A stretch of 59,435 nucleotides of DNA from a virus (lineage: Duplodnaviria > Caudoviricetes), in IMG/VR virus record IMGVR_UViG_3300020401_000018, positions 1-59,435 of that record; one strand, given 5' to 3'. Positions 20,183 to 30,183 of the stretch are shown in pieces. Both the position numbers and the translations under genes were made by a program. Position 1 is the stretch's first letter; each line of letters begins with the position of its first letter. The notes beneath the pieces are model-generated. The model was not told the DNA's origin, did no database searches, and saw nothing but the letters and a program-made list of their open reading frames with translations.

Positions 20183-20902
20183 CTATCTATAATATTTTAA
20201 TATCTTTATTGGTTTGTCGGCTATATTTTTATATGTTGCATTTTCTGATGTTAATCTTTTTACTGATATAGGATACTTTTGCTCTTCGCCATTTATATTA
20301 ACTTTGCCCCCAGCTATAATATAGCAATAAGTTCCATCGTTTGAAACATCAGTTTCCTCATTTGGCATTAAATCTTTTTGTATACATGTCCAATTTTTTA
20401 TATTTGATAATCTCATAATACATAGCATTTCAACATCATCTGATAAATATTCAACTGATATTCCTGAACATGGTATATCATAAAACAAAGGCGTTTGATC
20501 CCAATCACTATAAGCATACTTATATTCAATATCTATGTGATAACTCTTAGCAAATGCATCATAGTTTTCATCATATATTAATTCTTTAAAAGAAGAACCT
20601 TTTAAGTAATTCATAAACTGTTGTACATTTGCATCTTGAATATTATCATCCGCAACCCATTTCCAAGTAATTCTAGATTTACCTTGTATTAAGACATGGG
20701 TTTGTTGAGATTGTTGAATTAAAGGATACGTTGGGTGTGGGTCTTGCAAATCTAAATGTGCTCTTTCCCATTTTTCAGTTCTAGAAAATAAAGAACCTTT
20801 ACCATTCCCATCTATGGGTGGATTGTTACTTCCCCATGACACCTGCAAATTATCATCAAACTTTGCTATAGCAGGTAGCAATGGCTCAAATATTACTGTC
20901 AT
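20183..20902 (-). CDS. Hypothetical protein
   Basis: 239-aa ORF in the tail region. Confidence 0.75.
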   Translation of the reverse strand: MTVIFEPLLPAIAKFDDNLQVSWGSNNPPIDGNGKGSLFSRTEKWERAHLDLQDPHPTYPLIQQSQQTHVLIQGKSRITWKWVADDNIQDANVQQFMNYLKGSSFKELIYDENYDAFAKSYHIDIEYKYAYSDWDQTPLFYDIPCSGISVEYLSDDVEMLCIMRLSNIKNWTCIQKDLMPNEETDVSNDGTYCYIIAGGKVNINGEEQKYPISVKRLTSENATYKNIADKPIKILKYYR

Positions 20903-21465
20903 ATTTCTTCACTCTTTATAGATGGCCTAACTTCATCCCGTATAGGATCTAAATCTAAAGATTCTCTTAAGGGACTTTGAGCTTCTAATTGTTGTGCAGT
21001 ATTTTCCTGTAACATTTCATCTGGGGTAGGAGCCATGCTAGGCATAACTCCAGGCCCTAAACCAAAATCATAATCAGGATCTGTCTCTAATATTTCTGCA
21101 GCCTTGGTTGCTTTTTCCGCCCAAGTCATTGGTTCTTGATAAAGAGTAGGAAATAATTCTTCATGTGTAAATTCAAAATCTTTATTTTCAAGTTTTTGAA
21201 ATATCTCATCATCTTCTACATCAATTGTATATTTTTCTTTATTTTCTATTTCTTCACAAATAGTCGGAGCACCTTTGGCTATTTCTTTTATAATATCTTC
21301 AGGTGTCATGTCTTTGTACATAGTTAAATCGTAATTAAAAGATTGATAATCTTTTGCATCTTTTCTTGTTTCATCACTCGAAAATGAGCATAGTAAACTG
21401 TTTTGTTCAGGGTTGTAATCTGCTACGTGTACTTTATATTTTTTATTTTTTAAATTCTGATTCAT
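20899..21465 (-). CDS. Hypothetical acidic protein (possible fibre assembly factor)
   Basis: 188-aa ORF directly after adhesin. Confidence 0.7.
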   Translation of the reverse strand: MNQNLKNKKYKVHVADYNPEQNSLLCSFSSDETRKDAKDYQSFNYDLTMYKDMTPEDIIKEIAKGAPTICEEIENKEKYTIDVEDDEIFQKLENKDFEFTHEELFPTLYQEPMTWAEKATKAAEILETDPDYDFGLGPGVMPSMAPTPDEMLQENTAQQLEAQSPLRESLDLDPIRDEVRPSIKSEEI

Positions 21466-22481
21466 TATGATGTCCTTCCTCCTTGAGTTCCAGATGGGTT
21501 AAATGTTATTGATGAAGAGTTTGAAGTTATAAAACCTCTTGTTCCTCCAGGAGCGGCATTAGAAAAAACATTTTGATGATCTCCTGCTGCATTTCCAAAT
21601 GGATTTACATTCCCTGCAGCACCATCGGAACCTAATCCACCACCACTGCCCCCTGTCTGCCCAAATGTTTCCATGTTATCGAATTGATTTACTGGTTGCA
21701 TAGCCCCAGTTCCTCCAGCTCCACCTGCATTAGCAGTACCTGAAGATCCAGCAGTCCCTGTTGCATTATTAAGAGGTTCACCTGCATTTGTGGTAGGACC
21801 TCCAGTACCAGCAGTAACACCAGCACCTCCACCGCCACCGCCTGCTTTACCTACTTGATAAAGGTTTGTATTTTTACCACCACCTTTTGCAAATCTTCTA
21901 GAGCCACCACCGCCTCCTCCGCCTCCGCCTCCATAAATAGAACCGAAGTTTTTAAAAGTGACAGGATACGCTGCATTAAATGCAGCTCCATTTACAGTAG
22001 TTCCTGCGACTCCAGGAGTAATGTGTTGAGGATTTGGTCCGCTAAGGTTTTGAGGAGTAGATATACTCCCGCCTGCTCCGCCAGGACCTCCGCCACCTTT
22101 GACACTACCATAATTTTCTACTATGATTGTATCTCCAGAACTCCACGGTGAACCAGTTTGTAATGAAGTAGAACTTGTTGAATTAGTTCCAACTGTTACT
22201 CCAGGATTAATAGTTAGTGTATAAGCAGTTACTCCTGCAGAATATGTAGGCCCTCTGTTACTGGCCATGTTATAGTTGTTCGTGCTATTTGAAATAGTTT
22301 GATTAATAGTTACTGATGAAGAAGCACCATAAAAATCACTAAAAGAACTTTGAGCACCGTCTGATTTTCCAATCATACCACGAATGTCTGCATCGTTTAT
22401 GCTTGCGGAGCTACCACTATTTCCGCCTGCTTCAACGTGAATTTGATCTAAAGAGAGTGGGCCACTATTAGGTAAAGCCAT
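21465..22481 (-). CDS. Glycine-rich tail-tip adhesin (gp38-like)
   Basis: Poly-Gly motifs (IYGGGGGGGGGG, GGGGGGAG); follows the S74-bearing fibre. Confidence 0.7.
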   Translation of the reverse strand: MALPNSGPLSLDQIHVEAGGNSGSSASINDADIRGMIGKSDGAQSSFSDFYGASSSVTINQTISNSTNNYNMASNRGPTYSAGVTAYTLTINPGVTVGTNSTSSTSLQTGSPWSSGDTIIVENYGSVKGGGGPGGAGGSISTPQNLSGPNPQHITPGVAGTTVNGAAFNAAYPVTFKNFGSIYGGGGGGGGGGSRRFAKGGGKNTNLYQVGKAGGGGGGAGVTAGTGGPTTNAGEPLNNATGTAGSSGTANAGGAGGTGAMQPVNQFDNMETFGQTGGSGGGLGSDGAAGNVNPFGNAAGDHQNVFSNAAPGGTRGFITSNSSSITFNPSGTQGGRTS

Positions 22482-23795
22482 TTATTCCTCCTTACAGTGA
22501 CAATTCTTTTTGTGGTTTTCTAATTCTACTTTTAATTCTTTTACTGCTTCAATAAGATATGCCACCATATTACCATAAGCAACTGATTTGGTACCCATCT
22601 CGTCATCTGCAGTCTTAACTAATTCAGGAGCTATTTTCTCTAGCTCTTGTGCAATCACACCACTATTTAGTTTGCCATCTCTTTTAAAAGTTACACCTCT
22701 CATTTTAGAAACTTTATCTAAACCACTTTCAATTGTTTTAATATCTGTCTTTAATCTTTCATCTGAGAACGCTGTGATGTCGCCCGAACTAGTTATGGCC
22801 CCCGACGCTAGTGTGCCTGCAAACGTAACATTTGCACCACTGAACGTAGCAGCAGTCGTTGAACCTGATTGAATAAATAAGTTTCCACTAGTATTTCTTA
22901 AAGCTCCAAATTGTGTGCCACCATCTTTTAATAAAATATCTGAACCGTCAACATCAATAATTAAAGAGTCTGCAATATCTAATGTTAAGTTACCTGAATT
23001 GTTTGCTAGCCCATCTGCTGTAGTTGAAATTATCTTTGTATTATTAAAATATAAATCACAAGAGCTACCGTTTGTAAACTCAGCAAGTGTTTCATCGTTT
23101 GCAGCATTTTTAATTCGTAAGTTATCTGACAATATTTGTAACTCACCTGTGTTACTATCAATTAACGAGTTAGCACCGTCATGATGAATTAATAAATCAC
23201 CACCATCTCCAAATGTAGCTTTCGCATCATCTGCAAATTCTAGGGAATTATCAGATTCGTCAAATACTATATTAGCCGCTGCCCCTTGAAGTGTAAGATC
23301 ATTATCAATAGTTAGAGCGCCTGTTAGTGTAGCCCCTGATAATGCTGTAACTACTTGTGAAGTTGTAGGAACCGAACCTGTCATTTGGTCAAAACAATTA
23401 TGAACCTCATCAGATCCGTCTACATAAATTTGAGCATCAAAGCCAGACGCAAGAGTCACTGTTTGTGCTCCTGTTCCTGCAGTAAATATTAATGACTGGT
23501 CAGTATTATTTCTAACTACAAACACCTTTTCAATATTAGGAAGTGTTACTGTACACGTGCCCCCTGGAGAACCTGTATAGTTAATGACACGCTTTCTTCC
23601 TTCTTCAGAAGCATAAGATGTCGGTTGTGTAGTAAATGTTGCAGTATGCGTTGTAGAGCTTAGTGCTACAGATATGTAACCGTCTGTAGAATCTTCCATC
23701 CTATTCCAGTTATCATTAGTCTGTGCGCCCCAGGTGTTATCATTTTCACCTGTAGCCATTAATCGCAAACCTAAGTTTGACCAAGTTGATGCCAT
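22482..23795 (-). CDS. Tail fibre with C-terminal peptidase S74 intramolecular chaperone
   Basis: SDERLK...GVIAQE...SVAY...LIEAVKEL; N-terminal anchor GENDNTWG. Confidence 0.88.
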   Translation of the reverse strand: MASTWSNLGLRLMATGENDNTWGAQTNDNWNRMEDSTDGYISVALSSTTHTATFTTQPTSYASEEGRKRVINYTGSPGGTCTVTLPNIEKVFVVRNNTDQSLIFTAGTGAQTVTLASGFDAQIYVDGSDEVHNCFDQMTGSVPTTSQVVTALSGATLTGALTIDNDLTLQGAAANIVFDESDNSLEFADDAKATFGDGGDLLIHHDGANSLIDSNTGELQILSDNLRIKNAANDETLAEFTNGSSCDLYFNNTKIISTTADGLANNSGNLTLDIADSLIIDVDGSDILLKDGGTQFGALRNTSGNLFIQSGSTTAATFSGANVTFAGTLASGAITSSGDITAFSDERLKTDIKTIESGLDKVSKMRGVTFKRDGKLNSGVIAQELEKIAPELVKTADDEMGTKSVAYGNMVAYLIEAVKELKVELENHKKNCHCKEE

Positions 23796-23806
23796 AATTT
23801 AACTCC

Positions 23807-24268
23807 TTACGCTATTCTTAAGATCGCATTTGACGCATCATTAGTAGGCCATTGTATTTCAAATGTACCACCTGCTACAGAATAGTCTGCTCCAAAATCA
23901 ATAACCATAACTGCTGGATCACCAGTAGCTGAGTCGTTATAAATTATACATCCTCTTGTTGTAAATGTAGCTGATGTCCATTGTGCGTTAGCAGAAAATG
24001 TTAAGTGAGCTGTAGTACCAGAAGACGAAGGTGTAGTATTAGTTAAAGCATAACCACCTGTTGTGTATCCGTTACCATTAGCAAGCTCATCTGAGTTACC
24101 AGTTACAGTTGTATAAGAAGTTGTGGCAGCACCATAAGTACCTGATTGCGAAGCGTTTGCTTTAATAAGAGCTACTTTAAAAGTATTTCCAGAACTGTTT
24201 GTAAAGTTATGGACAGCTTTTAAAACCTCAACTTTAAAACTAGTTGCTATTGCTGATGTAATTGCCAT
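23807..24268 (-). CDS. Tail structural protein
   Basis: Thr/Ser/Ala-rich; GYTTGG; position. Confidence 0.7.
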   Translation of the reverse strand: MAITSAIATSFKVEVLKAVHNFTNSSGNTFKVALIKANASQSGTYGAATTSYTTVTGNSDELANGNGYTTGGYALTNTTPSSSGTTAHLTFSANAQWTSATFTTRGCIIYNDSATGDPAVMVIDFGADYSVAGGTFEIQWPTNDASNAILRIA

Positions 24269-24284
24269 TTAGATTCTCCTTTAA

Positions 24285-24992
24285 TTAGTATCTATTTTTT
24301 GTTGTTCTTTGCATTTCGTTTAATTCTCCCTGCATTAGAGTAGAATTTCGCATTCTTACTTGCTCTTCAGTAGCTAATGTTTGGGCAGCTCTTTCATATA
24401 GTTGTTGCCACCTTTGCATTTGCATTTGATCAACCTTCATAAAATTACCTGATTCTAGCAAGCAAGCATATAGTAAAGCATCTCCACAATAGTCTCCTAA
24501 GTAAGTATTCGACTGCGTAGACGATAAACCTGTTGGTTGTATATTATAACTGATCTCAACGGTTTTGTCAACCGAAGGGGTTGGAGCAAATAAAAAATTC
24601 ATGTGTCTATTAGAAGACGTATAATTCTTATTAGTCTTGCTAAAAGCCCAGTATGATGGGTCATCACCTGATGTGGTAGCGGGGGCACGCCAATACTCTC
24701 GTATAAAGGATTCATCCTTTTCGTATACCCAGTCACCATTCTGAGTTCTAATCCATCGTACAAATATCAAATCTTGAGGTACAGCAACGGTGCTTGAATT
24801 AGCTGATATTGTCAAAGTAGTTGTAAATTGAGCATTAGTAAAATCTATTTCTCTGTATAGTCTTTCTTCAGCTAATCCGATAATAACATCAATAGGAGCT
24901 ATACCTGATCCTGTTGCTGTAGTTAATTCCGTTGCATCATTTTCTGTAAAATCTTGTATTGCTTGTTTTAATTCTACGTACGTAAACTTCAT
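24285..24992 (-). CDS. Head-tail adaptor-like protein
   Basis: TYVELKQAIQDF...AEERLYRE...APTP...ALLYACLLE. Confidence 0.7.
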   Translation of the reverse strand: MKFTYVELKQAIQDFTENDATELTTATGSGIAPIDVIIGLAEERLYREIDFTNAQFTTTLTISANSSTVAVPQDLIFVRWIRTQNGDWVYEKDESFIREYWRAPATTSGDDPSYWAFSKTNKNYTSSNRHMNFLFAPTPSVDKTVEISYNIQPTGLSSTQSNTYLGDYCGDALLYACLLESGNFMKVDQMQMQRWQQLYERAAQTLATEEQVRMRNSTLMQGELNEMQRTTKNRY

Positions 24993-26168
24993 TTATTGAC
25001 CCCATTTTCCATGACCCCAAGGATTTAAACCATACCCTGGGAATGCTACAGCTATTGTACCACGTTCAGCAGTAGAAGACAACCCTGATACAGGATGTGC
25101 CGTATTAATAGCTATTGTTCCTTGTTGCGAAGCAGCCTGTATTCCAGGAGGTACCTCTACAAAATTAAACTTAAATCCTAAACCACCATGAGCAGAGGTC
25201 ATACCTAAACCTGGTACATTTTCTGTAAAGTTTAGAATTACACTTGCAGTTCCTTCAGATGCTGTTGCTGCAATACCTGAAACTTCTTCAGCTTGTAAGA
25301 ATCCAGGAGTACCTTGCTGAGCTGTAGCTTCTTGATCATCAGGTGTGATAGTATTTCCGATTAAGAATCCAACAGTACCTTGTGCAGAGTTTGCAGCTAT
25401 ACCATCTGGTTGATCTGCGAAATTAAATACTATAGATCCTTGACCTGATGATGCTTGTTGTCCTTCAGCTTCTTCTATTTGCGCAGGTGTTATTGTTCCT
25501 TGAGATGTATTTGCTTGTGATCCTATTACATTTTCAACTGCATTAAATTCTAAAGTTCCTTGTTGAGCTGTAGCAGATCCGCCTACAGCGTCTTCTTGTG
25601 CACTAAATTGTAACGTACCTACTGATGCAGTAGCAGATAATCCATCTGGAGTTTCAGCTAAATTAAATGAAACAGTTCCTTGTGAAGTTGTTGCATGTTG
25701 AGATGGTGGCACTTCTGTAAAATTAAAGAATAATCCTGTAACCCCATGGCCAGATGTCATTCCAAAACCTGGAGCATCCTCAATAAAGTTTAATTGGTTA
25801 GAAGTTAATGTAAATTCTGCAGTAGCTTCAAATCCTGTGACAGGAGTATCAAGTAAACTTAAACCTAATCGTGGTGGACGAGGCGGTGGTTGTATTGCCA
25901 TTTGGCCAGAAAACTTACCATGTAAAGATCCTAATTCAATAGTGACAGTTTGATTAGCTCCATCATTATCAGGACGTGGATCTTTTAGAGCATCCGTGCC
26001 ATCTAACTTCATGTATTTTTGAGGCTCTAGTTGAGGATGTTTAGGAGTAAAGTCACCTTTATATACTCGTTTACCATCCCATTGAGTTCTAGCGTCTTTA
26101 TATTTGATCTTACGACCAAATATATCATCCATTAATACTGCTCGTTTTCCTCGTGAATATCTTGCCAT
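24993..26168 (-). CDS. Virion protein with ~20-aa repeats
   Basis: Repeated G..ATA.QGT..F..E units; PKHPQL...PRPD N-terminal module. Confidence 0.7.
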   Translation of the reverse strand: MARYSRGKRAVLMDDIFGRKIKYKDARTQWDGKRVYKGDFTPKHPQLEPQKYMKLDGTDALKDPRPDNDGANQTVTIELGSLHGKFSGQMAIQPPPRPPRLGLSLLDTPVTGFEATAEFTLTSNQLNFIEDAPGFGMTSGHGVTGLFFNFTEVPPSQHATTSQGTVSFNLAETPDGLSATASVGTLQFSAQEDAVGGSATAQQGTLEFNAVENVIGSQANTSQGTITPAQIEEAEGQQASSGQGSIVFNFADQPDGIAANSAQGTVGFLIGNTITPDDQEATAQQGTPGFLQAEEVSGIAATASEGTASVILNFTENVPGLGMTSAHGGLGFKFNFVEVPPGIQAASQQGTIAINTAHPVSGLSSTAERGTIAVAFPGYGLNPWGHGKWGQ

Positions 26169-26171
26169 AAT

Positions 26172-26960
26172 TTAAATATAAGGCACTGATGGGGTAACAA
26201 CAAATGCTGCTCTTTCTCTATCCTCTTCTTGTGCCTTCTGCCATTCTTCGTTGTAAATCGCTGTTAGTTCTTGTCGTCTTTGAATATCAACAGAACCAGG
26301 AAGCTTGTTAGCTAGCTCTACGGTAAGGCCACTAATTAATGCTGGTAATAATCTTTTTGGTATTTGTGCGTTTTGTGTATAGTCTATGTATGGACCGCCT
26401 ACTGTTGCTTGTCCACTAGCTGTATTAGTCCATCCTACATCATCAGGATATTTTATCATCCATGCTTTAAATGTGTAAGCACTTATAGTTTGTCCACCAC
26501 TTACATAAGTTTTATCTGGCACAGGCCATAAAAAAACTTTGTGACTTGCAGTTCCTGATGAATTGTATTGTGCGTTTCTTTCAACTGTATATTGAATTGG
26601 TTTTCCTTTAGTAGCTTTATTAGGAATAGATAAATATTCTGAATAACTAATTCTTTCTAAAGGTATATCATTAACATTTGTTGAATCGCTAGTATCACTT
26701 ATAGAAGCATCTAGAACATCAGAGTATTTGCTTGATGAAAACGTAATATGATCTTGGTCATTAGTCATTCTTGTATCTTCTAGATCTAAAGTAAATAGAT
26801 TTACTCCTTCGTTCATCCATTTAATCATTAATAAATTTAATGAACGTCTAGCGGTTACAAGATCGTATCCACCTTTTGCACTATCACCTAATCTTTCATA
26901 CGCTTCTTGTATGATGGAATCAAGTGTTAAATTAAAATTATGGGTACCTGAAGTAGCCAT
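26172..26960 (-). CDS. Head-tail connector protein
   Basis: MATSGT...EAYER...TARRSLNL...LWPVPD...EEDRER. Confidence 0.7.
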   Translation of the reverse strand: MATSGTHNFNLTLDSIIQEAYERLGDSAKGGYDLVTARRSLNLLMIKWMNEGVNLFTLDLEDTRMTNDQDHITFSSSKYSDVLDASISDTSDSTNVNDIPLERISYSEYLSIPNKATKGKPIQYTVERNAQYNSSGTASHKVFLWPVPDKTYVSGGQTISAYTFKAWMIKYPDDVGWTNTASGQATVGGPYIDYTQNAQIPKRLLPALISGLTVELANKLPGSVDIQRRQELTAIYNEEWQKAQEEDRERAAFVVTPSVPYI

Positions 26961-26969
26961 ATGTCCTCC

Positions 26970-27173
26970 TTATATTAAAGAGCGAACTATTAAATAACAC
27001 ATTTGTGCAAATACTGTACCACCAACTACCCAAACAAATTTAGTTAATCTGTCAATATCTTTAGCCATATGATCAAGATGATTATCTTTCATAAGATCTA
27101 TTTTTTGATGCAATAATTTTAGTTCGCCTTTTATTTCTATTATGGCTTCTTTATTAGATTGTGAAGTAGCCAT
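26970..27173 (-). CDS. Small coiled-coil plus TM protein
   Basis: Coiled coil followed by hydrophobic C-terminus. Confidence 0.7.
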   Translation of the reverse strand: MATSQSNKEAIIEIKGELKLLHQKIDLMKDNHLDHMAKDIDRLTKFVWVVGGTVFAQMCYLIVRSLI

Positions 27174-27174
27174 A

Positions 27175-27495
27175 TTAATTCCAGAATACTGTAGCTTCTG
27201 AAGACGTGCCTGTAACTTCTACAAAAATATTTGTATCAATAACTTTACCTTGATCAGGGATATTGATATGTGTGCTAGTGTTTGCAACTGCAGATATTTT
27301 TAATATTTTAGTTCCGCCATTAGACTGTCCATCATATATAGTTGCCGTAGCTGTATTACTTCCTGCTGTTAATAAAAGAGCTAAAAGTCTTTGTCTGTGT
27401 GCTGCTGTATTTTGACCATCACTAGTAGCACTAGTGCCTGTTGCACCTGTTGCTATGTTAGTCGAATTAGCATCACCTTGGAATGAAATTCCCAT
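27175..27495 (-). CDS. Virion structural protein
   Basis: AGGAGG SD; beta-rich. Confidence 0.75.
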   Translation of the reverse strand: MGISFQGDANSTNIATGATGTSATSDGQNTAAHRQRLLALLLTAGSNTATATIYDGQSNGGTKILKISAVANTSTHINIPDQGKVIDTNIFVEVTGTSSEATVFWN

Positions 27496-27513
27496 ATATT
27501 ATCCTCCTAGGAA

Positions 27514-27533
27514 GAGGAGGCCGAAGCCTCCTC
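27514..27533 (-). other. Stable UUCG hairpin without U-tract (mRNA stability/processing)
   Basis: GAGGAGGC-TTCG-GCCTCCTC. Confidence 0.6.
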
Positions 27534-27544
27534 AAATTATTTTA

Positions 27545-28000
27545 TTACGATACGTTAGCGTCTTGTATATAAGTCACTACAACAAATAATTCACCTGCAC
27601 TAGCTGAGTTTGCTACCATAGATGCAAATATTTCTACGTCTTCTGTTCCAACATTAATCCATCTAGCATGAGCAGCTGGAGATGTGATACCTCCTGTTGC
27701 TGTAGCAGATACTGCTGCACCATCGACAAAGAAATCAGGGTCAGATGAAGTTCCGACATCTAATTCTGTTGTGTTTGAGCCTGTAAATAATTCTTGTGTG
27801 AAAAACTCAATTGCAAATATCATAGAGTTTGCAGGTACAACTATACCTGTTGAACCACTTGCATTATCGTCATGATTTATTTTTACTGAAACTTGTTGAC
27901 AAGCTACAGTGCCTGTGTTTTTCTTTTCTCCAACTGCTGTTCCAGTTGTAGCTTTTACTGTGCCTGATTTAATCGGGCCTGAAAAAGTTGTTGTTGCCAT
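27545..28000 (-). CDS. Putative capsid decoration protein
   Basis: MATTTFSGPIKSG start; directly downstream of MCP. Confidence 0.65.
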   Translation of the reverse strand: MATTTFSGPIKSGTVKATTGTAVGEKKNTGTVACQQVSVKINHDDNASGSTGIVVPANSMIFAIEFFTQELFTGSNTTELDVGTSSDPDFFVDGAAVSATATGGITSPAAHARWINVGTEDVEIFASMVANSASAGELFVVVTYIQDANVS

Positions 28001-28012
28001 GTTTAATCCTTC

Positions 28013-28079
28013 TGGGAATCTATAGTCCCAAGTTATTTTTCTACTGTCTCTATATCGTCTGCTTGGTCAGTCAGTAGAA
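28013..28079 (-). ncRNA. Structured element downstream of MCP (Mu-gpT-DE-like candidate)
   Basis: TTCTACTG/CAGTAGAA stem enclosing ACTGACCAAGCAGAC; second TGGGA/TCCCA hairpin. Confidence 0.5.
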
Positions 28080-28091
28080 TTTGTTAAATCC

Positions 28092-28122
28092 AAGAACAAA
28101 GGGGACTCGAAAGCCCCCCTTG
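28092..28122 (-). terminator. Rho-independent terminator after MCP
   Basis: AAGGGGGCT-TTCG-AGTCCCCTT then TGTTCTT. Confidence 0.75.
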
Positions 28123-28132
28123 TATAAGCTTA

Positions 28133-29038
28133 TTAAGCTCCTTTGTTACCGTAGACACCACGCCAGTCAGAAAAACCGTAAACGTATCTTTCTCTAGCTT
28201 TGTATCTTACATTACCAGTTTCAAAGTCACCTTCCATGCTTGTAGCCACTGGAGTTCTTTGGAACATTTTCATGCCGTTAGGGCAGTCAGTTCTCAAGAA
28301 GAATGCGTCAGGGTCATTAAATCTATGGTTAACAAAGTAACCACCTGGAATCATTCCAGTAGATTTAATGGCATTAACGTCATTATCTGCAGTGCCAGGT
28401 CTGTATGGAGATGCCATCAGACGCTCTGCTACAAATACCAATTGTCTTGGTATGTGTAAGGTTTTTGCTTGTAGTGCAATTGGTAGACCTCTATCATCTG
28501 TAAATCCAGCGATATCGATAAGTGCACTTTCTAAAGATGTTTCAGAAAGGTCACTGTATGCAGTTGGTCTGTTAGATGCAGTGCCGCCGTTTTGTAGCGG
28601 GTGAGAATTGGATACCAATGGTTGTCCATCTCCACCGTTAGAAACAGTGAATGCATCGTTGTAGATTGTTGCACCTTTAGTTTGTTTAGCAGCCGACATA
28701 GATCGTGCTAAAGCTTTTGTTAGACGTGTAGATAATTTGTCATACAAGTTATCTTCCATAGCTTCTTCAGTGATTGCGAAAGCAAGAGCAACTGTTTCGT
28801 TAGTGTAACGAGCTACCCAGCCTTCCCCTGTTTGAGCGTATGCTACGCCTGCGCCTTCGAATTTAGTTTGCGCTTCTCCAAATCCTGGGAAAAGTACTTC
28901 CTCTTCGAAAGCTCTGTTTGATGACTCCTGATCGTATAGTACTGACGCTTCATCTTCGTAACGAGAATACTCGGTTCCGAAAATAGCATTTAAGCCAGGT
29001 ACTAATTCTTTGAGGAGTTGACCTCTAGTAATTGCCAT
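28133..29038 (-). CDS. Major capsid protein (HK97 fold, Mu gpT-like family)
   Basis: MAITRGQLLKELVPGLNAIFG...DFETGNVRYKARERY...SDWRG; strong SD. Confidence 0.9.
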   Translation of the reverse strand: MAITRGQLLKELVPGLNAIFGTEYSRYEDEASVLYDQESSNRAFEEEVLFPGFGEAQTKFEGAGVAYAQTGEGWVARYTNETVALAFAITEEAMEDNLYDKLSTRLTKALARSMSAAKQTKGATIYNDAFTVSNGGDGQPLVSNSHPLQNGGTASNRPTAYSDLSETSLESALIDIAGFTDDRGLPIALQAKTLHIPRQLVFVAERLMASPYRPGTADNDVNAIKSTGMIPGGYFVNHRFNDPDAFFLRTDCPNGMKMFQRTPVATSMEGDFETGNVRYKARERYVYGFSDWRGVYGNKGA

Positions 29039-29055
29039 TTGTTATTCCTCCTAAA

Positions 29056-29658
29056 TTAAATCCCAGCATTTCCAGCAGCTACGCCGAATTGATGAGTGTT
29101 GATTTTTACGAGTACGTCCATAGTAGTTCCAGCTGCAGTGTAACCCATGTCAGTTTCCGCACTACCTAAGATAGCTAATGGAAAACCTTGATTGCCAGTT
29201 GCTGCAGTACTTGAATCTGCTACTAAACCAGACTTATGCGTAATTGCAGAACCAGTTGGACCAGCAACGATTTGACAGTTGTGTCCTACTTCAGCTTCCG
29301 TAATTGGAGTTGCTACTTGGTCTGCTTGAATTTTAAACATAACATCTGGATCATCATAGACATACGCTTTGTATTTTGCTTTTGCAACAGTTCCGTTTGC
29401 GATTGATCTCACAAACTTCACGTCGCCTGTAGAGTTGTCCTGATATTCAGCACCCCAGAAAACACCGACAACAGCACCTGGTGATGCTCCTGCCATGTCT
29501 GTTACAAGTAAACCAGCAGACAACGTAACCAAGTCGCCTTCAAAATAGGCAGTTGGTGCAGTTGCTGCAATCTTGTAACCGTTTCCGTCGGTGAAGTTAT
29601 TAGAACGGACAACACCACCTTTGATGTGTTTTACGGGTGATAGCCCAAATCCAGCCAT
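29056..29658 (-). CDS. Capsid-associated (cement/decoration) protein
   Basis: FGLSPV...EGDLV...VYDDPD; immediately upstream of MCP. Confidence 0.7.
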   Translation of the reverse strand: MAGFGLSPVKHIKGGVVRSNNFTDGNGYKIAATAPTAYFEGDLVTLSAGLLVTDMAGASPGAVVGVFWGAEYQDNSTGDVKFVRSIANGTVAKAKYKAYVYDDPDVMFKIQADQVATPITEAEVGHNCQIVAGPTGSAITHKSGLVADSSTAATGNQGFPLAILGSAETDMGYTAAGTTMDVLVKINTHQFGVAAGNAGI

Positions 29659-29718
29659 AATAATTTTCTCCTTTGAAAAAAATTGTTTATAAAAAAGAAG
29701 ACCAGAATTGGATAAATT

Positions 29719-30183
29719 CTAATCTTCGAACTTAGTTGTTCTTGGACCTGTACTATACGTTGTTTTAGACTCATCAGAGACAGGCATTGAATCTGTAGAA
29801 GCATTTTTTAAGTCTTGATTATATGCTGCAGCCATTCTCTTACTTTGATCTTGATAGTATGCATCACGTTGATCTACAATTTCTTGTGGAACTTTCATTA
29901 AGATAAGATCCCCAGATCTAACTGTGCCTGCATATTTACCTTTATCCAAAACATCAGGAGCTGCTACTCCTAATTCTTCTGGTTTGACTGGCTCATAACC
30001 TTGACGAATTCTACTATTCACATTTGCGTCATCAGGATTATTTAATAATTCATGTCTGACCCAACGATAGTGTATACCTTCAGGTGGTTCTTGACCTACA
30101 TCAAGTTTGCCTGGAGGTGCCCAAGTTTTTTTACGAGTTGTCGAAGCCCGTGTTTTACGACTACTTTGAGTTGCTTTTGTCAT
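29719..30183 (-). CDS. Head morphogenesis protein
   Basis: YRWVR...GYEPV...GDLILMK; between scaffold and capsid genes. Confidence 0.7.
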   Translation of the reverse strand: MTKATQSSRKTRASTTRKKTWAPPGKLDVGQEPPEGIHYRWVRHELLNNPDDANVNSRIRQGYEPVKPEELGVAAPDVLDKGKYAGTVRSGDLILMKVPQEIVDQRDAYYQDQSKRMAAAYNQDLKNASTDSMPVSDESKTTYSTGPRTTKFED

